Source: a virus
Reading direction: 5' to 3' (one strand)
IMG/VR virus record: IMGVR_UViG_3300025634_000001
Span: 32,001 to 96,000 of that record
Length of the DNA: 64,000 nt
Under the pieces are notes generated by a model. The model searched no databases. It was not told the origin of the DNA and was given only the letters and a program-made list of their open reading frames with translations. Numbering within the stretch: the stretch's first letter is position 1; every line of letters begins with the position of its first letter. Positions 47,451 to 55,710 of this stretch are shown here, piece by piece. Position numbers and translations under genes: made by a program.

Positions 47451-48314
47451 TTGACCCTGAAGCTAGGCCGCCTTCCCGGCCAGATCCCGGCGGGACTGCG
47501 GGACCTCACCTTCTACTCGGCCGGGCCGCTCCCGAAGCCGCCGCCGAGCGTGACCATCCCCGCCGTCCCAGCGTGGGGCATGGACGGCAACGACGTCTAC
47601 GGAGACTGTGGCGTTGCCGGGATCACCCACGGCTTCCAGGCCGCCGCAGCGGACACCCGCGAGACCGAAGCGTTCCCGCCCGCCGCCGAGGTCATCAGCT
47701 ACTACCTGAAGTACACGGGCGGCCAGGACTCCGGTGTCGTCCTCTCTCAGTTCCTCGCCTACGTCCGTGCGCACGGGTTCTACGGCCACTCGGTAGCCGC
47801 CTACGCCCCCGTCGCCGTCCACGACGTGCCGACTCTCCAGTTCTGCATCGACGCCTACGACTTCGCCTATGTGGGCATCACGGTCACCCAGGGCATGATG
47901 GACGCCGCCCAGGGCCCCGGGCCGTGGACATGGACTGCTGAGGACGCCGCAGGTGCCGAGATCGGCGGGCACTGCATCATCCTCGTGGCCTACGACAGCC
48001 AGTGGCTCTACGGCGTCACCTGGGGCCAGGTCGTCCGCATCGCCTACCCGGCCTGGCACCGGATGAGCGACGAGGCGTGGGCGGTCCTGCCGGGTGAGAT
48101 CCGCACCGCGGGTACTGACGGCCACGGGATCAACATCGCCGCGCTGAACGCCGACATGCCCCGCCTCGACGGGACCGCAGGCCAGCCCGCAGCCGGCCCG
48201 GCCGGGCATGAGGGCCTTCTGGGTGAGCTCGCCGCCGCTGTCCGGGACGTGGCCGCAAGCACCGAGAAGGACGTCACGGAACTCCTTTCCTTCCTCGCAT
48301 CGAAGGGGCTCTAG
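47451..48314 (+). CDS. Papain-like cysteine peptidase domain protein
   Basis: GNDVYGDCGVAG, GGHCI, VTWG. Confidence 0.75.
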   Translation: MTLKLGRLPGQIPAGLRDLTFYSAGPLPKPPPSVTIPAVPAWGMDGNDVYGDCGVAGITHGFQAAAADTRETEAFPPAAEVISYYLKYTGGQDSGVVLSQFLAYVRAHGFYGHSVAAYAPVAVHDVPTLQFCIDAYDFAYVGITVTQGMMDAAQGPGPWTWTAEDAAGAEIGGHCIILVAYDSQWLYGVTWGQVVRIAYPAWHRMSDEAWAVLPGEIRTAGTDGHGINIAALNADMPRLDGTAGQPAAGPAGHEGLLGELAAAVRDVAASTEKDVTELLSFLASKGL

Positions 48315-48316
48315 CC

Positions 48317-48580
48317 ATGTCCCATGCCGCAGACCCCGGCATCGCCGCCCACATCGAGCACTGGCTGCAGCAGCACGTAGCCCCCGACATCACCCGCCTC
48401 AAGGCCGACGTGTCAAAGGTCCGGGCGCTGCTCCCCGAACTCCAGGTGCTCGCTAACACCGTCGTGACGCTGGCTAAGGCCTCTGACGTCCCCGAGGTCG
48501 CGGTGATCGCGGAGGACGCGGTGAAAGCCGCTGAGGTCATCGCGGAGATCGCGACGGCACTGGCGGCGGCAGGGATGTAG
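48317..48580 (+). CDS. Helical hypothetical protein
   Basis: GAAGGGG RBS; operon continuity. Confidence 0.6.
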   Translation: MSHAADPGIAAHIEHWLQQHVAPDITRLKADVSKVRALLPELQVLANTVVTLAKASDVPEVAVIAEDAVKAAEVIAEIATALAAAGM

Positions 48581-48684
48581 GTCTCGCTCCCGCGCGGCTG
48601 AGGGGGCCGCTGGTGAATACGTCCGGGCAGGCGGGATGGCCCGGCGGTAGGTAACGGCGGCCACGAGCAGAAAGGCGGCCAGCC

Positions 48685-48900
48685 GGCGATGCAAGGATTT
48701 TTTCGTGACTCCTCCTGCGGATTGAGTCCGCAGGATTCTCAGGCAGCTATCGCCTGACGGGCAAGCCCTGCCCGCAAGATGTTGATGGCCGCGTTCACGT
48801 CCGCGTGGGCCTCGTGGCCGCACGACAGGCACCGGAAAACGGCCTGGCTTGCACGGTTCCCCTTGGCGACGTGCCCGCACTGAGCGCATCGCTGCGAGGT
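48685..48900 (-). ncRNA. Predicted TnpB omegaRNA (scaffold 5' end approximate) and guide
   Basis: After the tnpB stop: hairpin CCTGCGGA-CTCAA-TCCGCAGG then AGGAGTCAC, a typical IS200/605-type right end; guide GAAAAAATCCTTGCATCGCC. Confidence 0.7.
48689..48704 (+). pseudogene. Orphaned original 5' end (MQGFF) of the gene at 50066; also the predicted TnpB guide
   Basis: GAAAGG..ATG CAA GGA TTT TTT C abuts the element end; matches TTG AAC GGC TTT TTC C at 50066. Confidence 0.65.
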
Positions 48901-49926
48901 GTTCTGGGGGTTTACTGCGACTACCGTCCGTCCGGCCCATTCTGCCTTGGCGGCGAGTATCCGCAGGAAGTTACCCCATCCCGCATCCTTGATGGATCTG
49001 TTCAGCCCAGCTTTGGCCGCCGCGCCGTTTGGCTCGAACGTGCCGTCACCAACCGGCCGCGGTTTCGGTCGGCGGGTCATGTTCGCGATCTTCAATGCTT
49101 CATGCACGATCACGTCATGGTCACGGACGAGAGCCAGCGCGGTCTTATGGGCATGGTCGAGGCGCTGGCGGCGTGCCTTGCCGTACAGTGCCGCAACCCG
49201 CCGGGTGGCCTTGCGCCTGCGATTGCTTCCTAGTTTCTTGCGGGAGTGCTTCCGGTTGGCGGCGGCAAGACGTTCAGTGATGGCGGCATGCGGGCGCGGG
49301 TTCGGGACGTGCTTCCCGTCGCTGGTCGTCAGGAACGACATCACGCCTAGGTCGATGCCGACGACCGCGCCAGTCGGCGCCAGTGCCTCAACCGGCACGT
49401 CATCGCAAGTCAGGATCACGTACCAGCGACCAAGCTCACGTCTTACCGTGATCCTCTTGACGATGCCCCTGACCGGGCGGTGCTGGTGTACGCGGACGTG
49501 GCCGATGCCCTGAAGCTTCACGCGGGTCACGGTCGGATGCGGGACAGAATCCCAGAGGCATGCATGGCCATTCTCCGGCCACTCGATGGAGTTCCACCGA
49601 CCCCGCCCCTTGAAGCGAGGATGGCCGGGTACCTCGCCTGCCTTGACGCGACGGAAGAAGCCTAGGAACGCATCGTCAAGGCGACGGAGAGTTTCCTGCT
49701 CGCAACTGTAGGCCCACCGGGTGAACCGCTCCGGGGCGGCGGCACGGATCTCCTTCAGCTGTGCCGCCTGTGTGCTGTAGAAGATGCGGCGTTTCCCCAT
49801 CCGCCATGCCTCAACGCGTTCCTCAAGCGCGGCGTTATATAGCTCGCGGGTGTCCTCAAGGCACGCCTCGAACGCGGCTATCTGCTTAGCAGTCGGCCGC
49901 AGAAGGAACCTATAGTTGCGATACAA
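48739..49926 (-). CDS. tnpB: TnpB RNA-guided endonuclease, no TnpA
   Basis: YRFLLRPT..Q, LYNAAL, RuvC GIDLG / VHEAL / ADVNAAINI, CAQC..CLSC zinc finger; probable TTG start. Confidence 0.95.
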   Translation of the reverse strand: MYRNYRFLLRPTAKQIAAFEACLEDTRELYNAALEERVEAWRMGKRRIFYSTQAAQLKEIRAAAPERFTRWAYSCEQETLRRLDDAFLGFFRRVKAGEVPGHPRFKGRGRWNSIEWPENGHACLWDSVPHPTVTRVKLQGIGHVRVHQHRPVRGIVKRITVRRELGRWYVILTCDDVPVEALAPTGAVVGIDLGVMSFLTTSDGKHVPNPRPHAAITERLAAANRKHSRKKLGSNRRRKATRRVAALYGKARRQRLDHAHKTALALVRDHDVIVHEALKIANMTRRPKPRPVGDGTFEPNGAAAKAGLNRSIKDAGWGNFLRILAAKAEWAGRTVVAVNPQNTSQRCAQCGHVAKGNRASQAVFRCLSCGHEAHADVNAAINILRAGLARQAIAA

Positions 49927-49954
49927 CCTGCACCGGGTCTCAGTAGTCGGTGTG

Positions 49955-50013
49955 GGTTCAGGCCCGGTTCGGTGGTTGCACATCGGCCGGGCCGCTTTAT
50001 GTCGAACAGTCTA
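49955..50013 (-). promoter_or_regulatory. tnpB promoter/leader
   Basis: TAGACT, AAAG, GGCCCGG/CCGGGCC hairpin. Confidence 0.55.
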
Positions 50014-50065
50014 GCGGACTTAGACCACGACATGCATGAGTGCCACGCTGAAAGGTGGCGAAAAA

Positions 50066-50389
50066 TTGAACGGCTTTTTCCACCCGGAAGTCCTCCGGGT
50101 GCTCGACAGGATCGACGCGCAGCTCTGCGCAATCAACGAGAAACTGGAGAACATCATCATGTCTCAATCGGATATCGATGCTGCCGTGGCGACCGACACG
50201 GCGCTGCTGGCCGACCTGACCACCCAGACCGCCGCGATCGCCGCCGCGCAGGCCGCGTTCGCCGCGGAGATCGCCACCCTGCAGGGCCAGGGCGTGGACA
50301 CGTCCGCGCTGGACGCCATCAACGCTCAGCTGGCCGCCGCTCAGGCGCCTCTGGACGCTGCGGTGACCGCGCTGACCGCTGCGAGCTAG
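50066..50389 (+). CDS. Coiled-coil Ala-rich protein
   Basis: TTG after GAAAGGTGG; MNGFFHPEVL... Confidence 0.7.
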   Translation: MNGFFHPEVLRVLDRIDAQLCAINEKLENIIMSQSDIDAAVATDTALLADLTTQTAAIAAAQAAFAAEIATLQGQGVDTSALDAINAQLAAAQAPLDAAVTALTAAS

Positions 50390-50417
50390 CCGGTAGGCTA
50401 CCGCCCAGGTAAACGGG

Positions 50418-50457
50418 AAGCAGCGCGCCTCGTCTTCGGACGGGGCGCGCTGCTTTT
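50418..50457 (+). terminator. Intrinsic terminator ending the late operon (likely bidirectional)
   Basis: 16-bp stem, cUUCGg loop, TTTT; between convergent genes. Confidence 0.85.
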
Positions 50458-50471
50458 GCGTTGGGGCGGGA

Positions 50472-51140
50472 CTAGCCGGCGATATTGCCATCCCCGGCCG
50501 AGTCGCCGTAGTTGTTGTTATAGCCATCCGTCCACTGCTGGTACTGCTCGCTGGCGACAGGGACGACGAAGCGGCCGAACACCCGGTAGGAGATCGTCGT
50601 CACCGTCACGCCGTAGTGCCACGACCAGTCCCCGATGCCGATACCGCCGAAGGTGGTCCCGTGCGGGAACGCCAGCTCATACCACGTCGAGGTACTGTCG
50701 GCCGGGTCGGCACCGTGATCGTTCTCGCTGTAGGCGACACCCGCATTGAACGCCGCGCTCGGCAGCTCGGACGCAGTGAACGAGAAATCGGCGTAACCCG
50801 CCATCTGCCCGGTGACCCTGGACTTGATCACGTCGCCGGCGTAGGAGCCGCCCTGGTTCGGGGTCGGCGCTCCCTTGACCGTCGTGAAGGTGCCGATGTC
50901 GCCGAGCGTCGCGGTGAAGGTGTAGGCGCCGGGCGAGCCGCCAGTCAGGGTGACCGTCAGGCTCCGGGTCATGGTGTCGTCAGCCCAGGTGTCCGGGTTA
51001 CCGTTCCCGCCGTCAGGGCGGTCGGTGACAAAGGTCAGCGCGTGCCACGACGGCTGACGGGCAGCGGCGTTCGCGATGCCGCCTGACGTCAGCAGCGCTG
51101 CGGCTGCGGCAACCGCGATGGCTGCGGCTTTGATGCTCAT
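50472..51140 (-). CDS. Secreted protein
   Basis: Signal peptide MSIKAAAIAV...ANA|AA; GAGGAG RBS. Confidence 0.75.
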   Translation of the reverse strand: MSIKAAAIAVAAAAALLTSGGIANAAARQPSWHALTFVTDRPDGGNGNPDTWADDTMTRSLTVTLTGGSPGAYTFTATLGDIGTFTTVKGAPTPNQGGSYAGDVIKSRVTGQMAGYADFSFTASELPSAAFNAGVAYSENDHGADPADSTSTWYELAFPHGTTFGGIGIGDWSWHYGVTVTTISYRVFGRFVVPVASEQYQQWTDGYNNNYGDSAGDGNIAG

Positions 51141-51294
51141 TACGTTGTCTCCTCGTTGAGTGTTCAATCGGTTGCTGTGGGGTATTTAGGCAGTGATCGC
51201 ACCGTTACCGCTCGCGCTCCCGGTTACAGCCGGCGAGCACCCCCGCCAAGCCCGGCCGCGCCGATCCCCCCCAGGCGCGGCCGGGCCCCAGGGG

Positions 51295-51735
51295 TCAGGC
51301 GACCTTGCTGAGCACCTCGCCGTGCAGCGCGAGCCCCGCTTTTGCGAGTGCCAGGCGGACCTCATCGACCTGCGGCCGGCTGAAACCCAGATCATCCAGG
51401 TCGAGAGCGGACAGGCCCTTCAGCTTGCCGACCGTATTGAAGCCCGCGGTCTCCAGGCGCCGCTGGATGGTCACCGCCGGGCCGGTCCGGAAGGCAGGCC
51501 ACAGGGACGTCAGGGACGCGTCGAGGGGATCGGGGGCGCCGGGGGCGGGTGTGCCGGCGAGGAGCGCGCGGACCTCGGCCTCCTTGTAACGTCGATGTCC
51601 CCCAAGTGTCCTTATTGTTGACAGTTTGCCCGCTTTAGCCCATCTTGTCACGGTCTTCGGATCAACTCTGAACATCTGGGCTACTTCGGACGGCGTGAGT
51701 AGATTGTCTGTTTCGATTGGCGTCCTGGCACTCAT
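51295..51735 (-). CDS. bldC: BldC-family MerR-like regulator fused to an RNAP alpha-CTD-like domain
   Basis: LLTPSEVAQMFRVDPKTVTRWAKAGKLSTIRTLGGHRRY; C-terminal RLETAGFNTVGKL..DL..GF...VDEVRLAL.KAGLAL. Confidence 0.85.
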   Translation of the reverse strand: MSARTPIETDNLLTPSEVAQMFRVDPKTVTRWAKAGKLSTIRTLGGHRRYKEAEVRALLAGTPAPGAPDPLDASLTSLWPAFRTGPAVTIQRRLETAGFNTVGKLKGLSALDLDDLGFSRPQVDEVRLALAKAGLALHGEVLSKVA

Positions 51736-51836
51736 CTTGCTACCCTCCCATTAGGTCCGCTGGCCTCCTGACCAGCGGTGATGTACCCTTATTGCGGTAA
51801 AGGGCGGCTATTGCGGATAACCGCCTGACTGCTTCA

Positions 51837-51879
51837 CCCCGTCCGGCCTCCCCAGGTCGGGCGGGGCTTTTTCATGCCC
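51837..51879 (+). terminator. Hairpin + T-tract followed by CATGCCC
   Basis: CCCCGTCCGGCCT/AGGTCGGGCGGGG then CTTTTT. Confidence 0.55.
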
Positions 51880-52049
51880 GGAGCCGGGCGGCCCCAGGAG
51901 TAAACGGTTCCCTGGGACCACCCGGCATCCGGTATCGCGGTGACGCAGGCGATCTAAAATCCCTCAACGACAAAGAGGGCCGGGAACCGATCAGCCCGTT
52001 CCCATCGCCGGCGTTCTGATGTGGCTGCCCCACCGCGACTAGCTACTTC

Positions 52050-52805
52050 TTAGCGCAGCACGCCGAAGTCGGCGCCCCAGAGCTGGTTGTCGTTCACCGT
52101 GCCCAGCTCAGGCACGAGGAAGGCACCCGTGAACCCGGTCAGGCTGTCGGTCTCCAGCTGCGGCCGGGGAGTGTTCGTCGGATACCCGTTCTTCGGGTAG
52201 TCCAGCACGAACGGGTGCGAGAACGTGGTGTCCGACCCGTTGATCAGCGGCACGTAGCCGTGGGTGATCGTAGTGTCGAGCGTGTCCACGACCCAGGCGG
52301 TCTTGCTCGTGTAACCACAGGGCTGAAGGGTCACCTTCGTGCCCTGCTGGGCGGTCGCCGCGACACCCGCGCACAGGCCGGACGCCACCCCGTACGGGGT
52401 GTACTCCAGCTCGAACGCCGGGTCATCCGGGTAGCCGTTCCCTGCGGCCGTGACGCCGGCCATCCCGATCCCGGAACCGTAATGCAGGTCGATCGCCGCG
52501 GACATGAGACCCGCGGCGAAGAAGTCCGACGTGGTGCCGTTGAACTCGGCGCTGAAGTCCTCAGCCGGGTCGGTGTCCGACGTGCGGAACAGGATGACCG
52601 GCTGGCCGACCTTCGCAGCCTGCTGGAACACGTCGAGAACGAACGCCGGCGTGTGGTGGGTGCCGAACTCGCGGCTGAACACGTCAGCGCACGTAGACCC
52701 GCACGACGGGGTGGCAGCACTGGCGGACATCACGCCCACCGCGCCGACACCGCCGACGAGGGTCAGCGTGGCCGCTGCGGCGAAAACCTTGCTCTTGACA
52801 GACAA
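52050..52805 (-). CDS. Secreted protein, possible ricin-type beta-trefoil
   Basis: TTG after AGAGGA; signal peptide ..SASA|A; SGLC.GV...VTLQPC..W and NQLW. Confidence 0.7.
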   Translation of the reverse strand: MSVKSKVFAAAATLTLVGGVGAVGVMSASAATPSCGSTCADVFSREFGTHHTPAFVLDVFQQAAKVGQPVILFRTSDTDPAEDFSAEFNGTTSDFFAAGLMSAAIDLHYGSGIGMAGVTAAGNGYPDDPAFELEYTPYGVASGLCAGVAATAQQGTKVTLQPCGYTSKTAWVVDTLDTTITHGYVPLINGSDTTFSHPFVLDYPKNGYPTNTPRPQLETDSLTGFTGAFLVPELGTVNDNQLWGADFGVLR

Positions 52806-52904
52806 TTCGATTCCTCTGTTTGGACTCCAGCCTCGCCCTGCGCGCGGCTGGCCCTGCGATTCCCCGGTCATTACCCGGACCGGGACGGGGGTCTATGGGG
52901 GCGG

Positions 52905-53930
52905 CTAGCCCATCTCGAACGCCAGCACCGTCTGCTCGGGCTGCTCAGACTCCAGGATGGCCAGGTTCTTCACGGCCTGCCGGTAATAGCTGGCCTTCAG
53001 TTCCGCGCCGGCGGCCTTGCGGCCCAGCTCGACCGCCGCGTAGGCCTCAGATCCGACGCCGAGAAACGGAGTGAACACCGTCTCGCCAGGATTGGTCCGC
53101 ATGTCCACGAACCGGCGCGACACGTCGAGCTGCAGCGGGTGGACGTGCTTCTCGTCCTCCTCGTCGCGGGCCTCCCGGTACGGCAGGACCGCCATGTGAC
53201 TGCGGTCATCGTACTGACCCAGGTTGCCGCGGACGTCATCCCACACCGACCCGGCATACTGCCGCCACACCCACTGCGAATACCGGTTCTCCAGCTGGCT
53301 CCCCGACCACCCCCGGTACTTCATCACGTCGGCGGGCGGGACGCTGGCGCCATGGTAGGCAGTGAACCCGTTCGGGTGCGTCACCGGGACGGGATTCTTC
53401 CCCTTCTTGCGGAAGATCAGGAGCCAGTCCGCGCCGGCGATACCCGCGAACGTGGCGTCATCCACGATCGTCTTGTGAGTGAGATCCTTGACCATCGTCC
53501 GGTTCCGGACCGCCAGCGGCTCCTTCCAGATGGCGTGACGGCCCAGGTACTCGAACCCGTGCCGCTGATGCAGGCGGATCACGTCACCGGGGAAGTCGAC
53601 CAGGGCGTCACCGCCGGAGTTCCCCGACGGGGTGTCCATGCAGTGGACGGCGTTCAGCCGGCCCGGCATCGTCAGCCGGTGAAGCTCGGCGACGAAATAG
53701 CCGTACATCTCGAAGAACTCCGTGTACCCGCCGGCATTGGACAGGTCCCGCTCACTGGAGGAGTACTTGTACAGGCCCGCCCCCCCGGCGCCCTCGTCGC
53801 CGTAGGCGAACGGCGGGGAGTAAACCACGCCGTGCATGCACCCGTCCGGGTAGGCGGCCATGACCTCCATGCTGTCGCCGTTGTGGATGGCGTACCGGTC
53901 GGTGATGACCTGTGCTGCTACCTGACCCAT
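52905..53930 (-). CDS. DNA N4-cytosine/N6-adenine methyltransferase (beta class)
   Basis: GDS, YSPPF (IV), HVHPLQLD, FTPFLGVGSE (I), ELKASY. Confidence 0.92.
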   Translation of the reverse strand: MGQVAAQVITDRYAIHNGDSMEVMAAYPDGCMHGVVYSPPFAYGDEGAGGAGLYKYSSSERDLSNAGGYTEFFEMYGYFVAELHRLTMPGRLNAVHCMDTPSGNSGGDALVDFPGDVIRLHQRHGFEYLGRHAIWKEPLAVRNRTMVKDLTHKTIVDDATFAGIAGADWLLIFRKKGKNPVPVTHPNGFTAYHGASVPPADVMKYRGWSGSQLENRYSQWVWRQYAGSVWDDVRGNLGQYDDRSHMAVLPYREARDEEDEKHVHPLQLDVSRRFVDMRTNPGETVFTPFLGVGSEAYAAVELGRKAAGAELKASYYRQAVKNLAILESEQPEQTVLAFEMG

Positions 53931-55294
53931 GAGGGGACCTCCGTGTCCTTGGCGTAGGTGGCGCTGCGGTCGACAGCCAGCGCGTTGTTCATGTGGGCGG
54001 TCAGGGAACTGAACATCCGGTCCGCCTTGACGGCCTTGCGTTCCAGGCTGGCGAGGACCCGTTCCCCGCCCGTGGTCGTGACGACATCCACGATCACCGG
54101 ATGCTGCTGCCCGAACCGCCAGCAGCGGCGCACCGCCTGGTAGTAGGCCTCGAACGAATGGTCCACGAAGTACGTCATGCGGTGGCAGTTCTGGTAGTTC
54201 AGGCCCCACGACGCGATCCGGGGTTTCGTGACCAGGACCCGGATCTCCCCGCGGCCGAACGCGCCGAGCTTCTCCTCTTTCGCTTCCACCGGATCGGACC
54301 CGGTCACCTGGACCGCGCCGGGGATCAGCTTCGTGAGCAGGTCGCCCTCGTCGTTCAGGTGGCACCAGGCGATGCCGGGCGCGGCGTCCGAAAGCAGGTC
54401 CGCGGCCTTCTCGCACCGCTCCGTGATGGTGCGCCGTGACTCTTCCCGCTCCTCGTGCAGCCCGACGGCAGGCACGTCGAACAGGGTGCCCTCTTTCACC
54501 GTCCGCGCCTCCACGACATTGCAGCGGGTCTCCAGCGGCGGCAGGATGAACCCGTCATCTGCGAACCCGAGATCGGACGGCTTGCGCATCGCCCTGGCCC
54601 ACGACGACACCCACCGCCAGAACAGTTCCTCGGCGTGGCCCTTGAACCGCCATTCCTCCCCGGCCCGCGGGCGCCACTTCCCGCCCATCGTCTTGCTGGT
54701 CTTCTCCTTGTTCGTGAAGAACCGGCCGAGCATGTCCATGTGACCCAGGTACCCGAGGGCCTCACTGGAGGTCCCCAGCTCCGTGTGATCGTTCGGGGAG
54801 GGCGTGGCCGTGGCCAGCAGCCGGTACGGCACGGTCCGCATGAACTCGTTCACCATCGCCCGCCGCACCGAATCGTACGACTTCAGTGCCGAGCTCTCGT
54901 CGCAGATCACGCCGCCGAACTTGTCCCGGTCGAAATGCTCGAGCCGCTCGTAGTTGGTGACGGTGATGGGGGCCGGGATCTTGCCGTCCCGCGAGATGGC
55001 CGCGTCTATCCCGAACTTGGCGGCCTCGGTCACCATCTGGTCGGTGACGCCCAGCCGGGTCAGCAGCAGGACGGGCTTGCCGGCGTGCTTGTGCACGTTC
55101 TGCCCCCAGACCAGCGACATCGGGGTCTTCCCGCCCCCGCAGTCCACGAACAGCGCGCCGCGGCCCTGCCGGATCGACCACTCCGTGAGCATCCGCTGGA
55201 ACCCGAACAGGAAGTCCGGCGTCCACAGCGGCTCGAACCCGGCCGAGCTACCCAGCTGCGCCTTGCGTGCGAGCAGTTCCGCGTAGGTGCCCAT
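53918..55294 (-). CDS. SNF2-like superfamily 2 helicase
   Basis: FQ, DCGGGKT, NYERL, DESS, TATPSPND, WGLNYQ, QAVRRCWRFGQ. Confidence 0.92.
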   Translation of the reverse strand: MGTYAELLARKAQLGSSAGFEPLWTPDFLFGFQRMLTEWSIRQGRGALFVDCGGGKTPMSLVWGQNVHKHAGKPVLLLTRLGVTDQMVTEAAKFGIDAAISRDGKIPAPITVTNYERLEHFDRDKFGGVICDESSALKSYDSVRRAMVNEFMRTVPYRLLATATPSPNDHTELGTSSEALGYLGHMDMLGRFFTNKEKTSKTMGGKWRPRAGEEWRFKGHAEELFWRWVSSWARAMRKPSDLGFADDGFILPPLETRCNVVEARTVKEGTLFDVPAVGLHEEREESRRTITERCEKAADLLSDAAPGIAWCHLNDEGDLLTKLIPGAVQVTGSDPVEAKEEKLGAFGRGEIRVLVTKPRIASWGLNYQNCHRMTYFVDHSFEAYYQAVRRCWRFGQQHPVIVDVVTTTGGERVLASLERKAVKADRMFSSLTAHMNNALAVDRSATYAKDTEVPSWVR

Positions 55295-55710
55295 CAGCAG
55301 GCCCCCAGGTCTCTCGCAGCGGCTTCCGTGCGGTGATCCCACGCTTCCTGGTCGTGCACTGGTGCGGCGGCAGGCAAGCCGGGACCGTGGACCGCGCAGT
55401 CAGTGACCGGGCTCGTGTCGGTGCCGGGGATCTCGCGGCCCAGGTAGCAGGTGCAGTGCGGCTGCCCTTCCAGGATCGCCAGAGCCACCGCAGCGACCTG
55501 GACAAGCTCCGTCCTCAGTGCTTCCGGGTCACCGTCGAGGGCGGCGCGGGCGACTTCCCCGCACTCCTCGGTGAGTACCGCGACCTTGACCATGAGGGGG
55601 ACGGCGGCACTTGAGCAGTCACCCTGCCCGTGGGCGTGCGGTGCGGCCCAGAGCTGCGCCTGGCGGTCCCGCTCGGCGCTGATCGCGGCCAGGGCGTCGG
55701 CGCGGGTCAC
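55294..55710 (-). CDS. MazG-like nucleotide pyrophosphohydrolase
   Basis: ERDRQ..W, LTEECGEVA, ELVQVAAVA. Confidence 0.8.
   Translation of the reverse strand: MTRADALAAISAERDRQAQLWAAPHAHGQGDCSSAAVPLMVKVAVLTEECGEVARAALDGDPEALRTELVQVAAVALAILEGQPHCTCYLGREIPGTDTSPVTDCAVHGPGLPAAAPVHDQEAWDHRTEAAARDLGAC

Noticed and set aside
48581-48680. Known self-cleaving ribozyme (HDV, pistol, hammerhead)
   Set aside because: Required core elements (P3/L3, loop-complementary CCCTCA, CUGANGA) are missing.
48685-48704. TnpB guide targeting bldC or another distant locus in the window
   Set aside because: No match to bldC seen by eye; the only related sequence noticed is the recoded start at 50066-50081.
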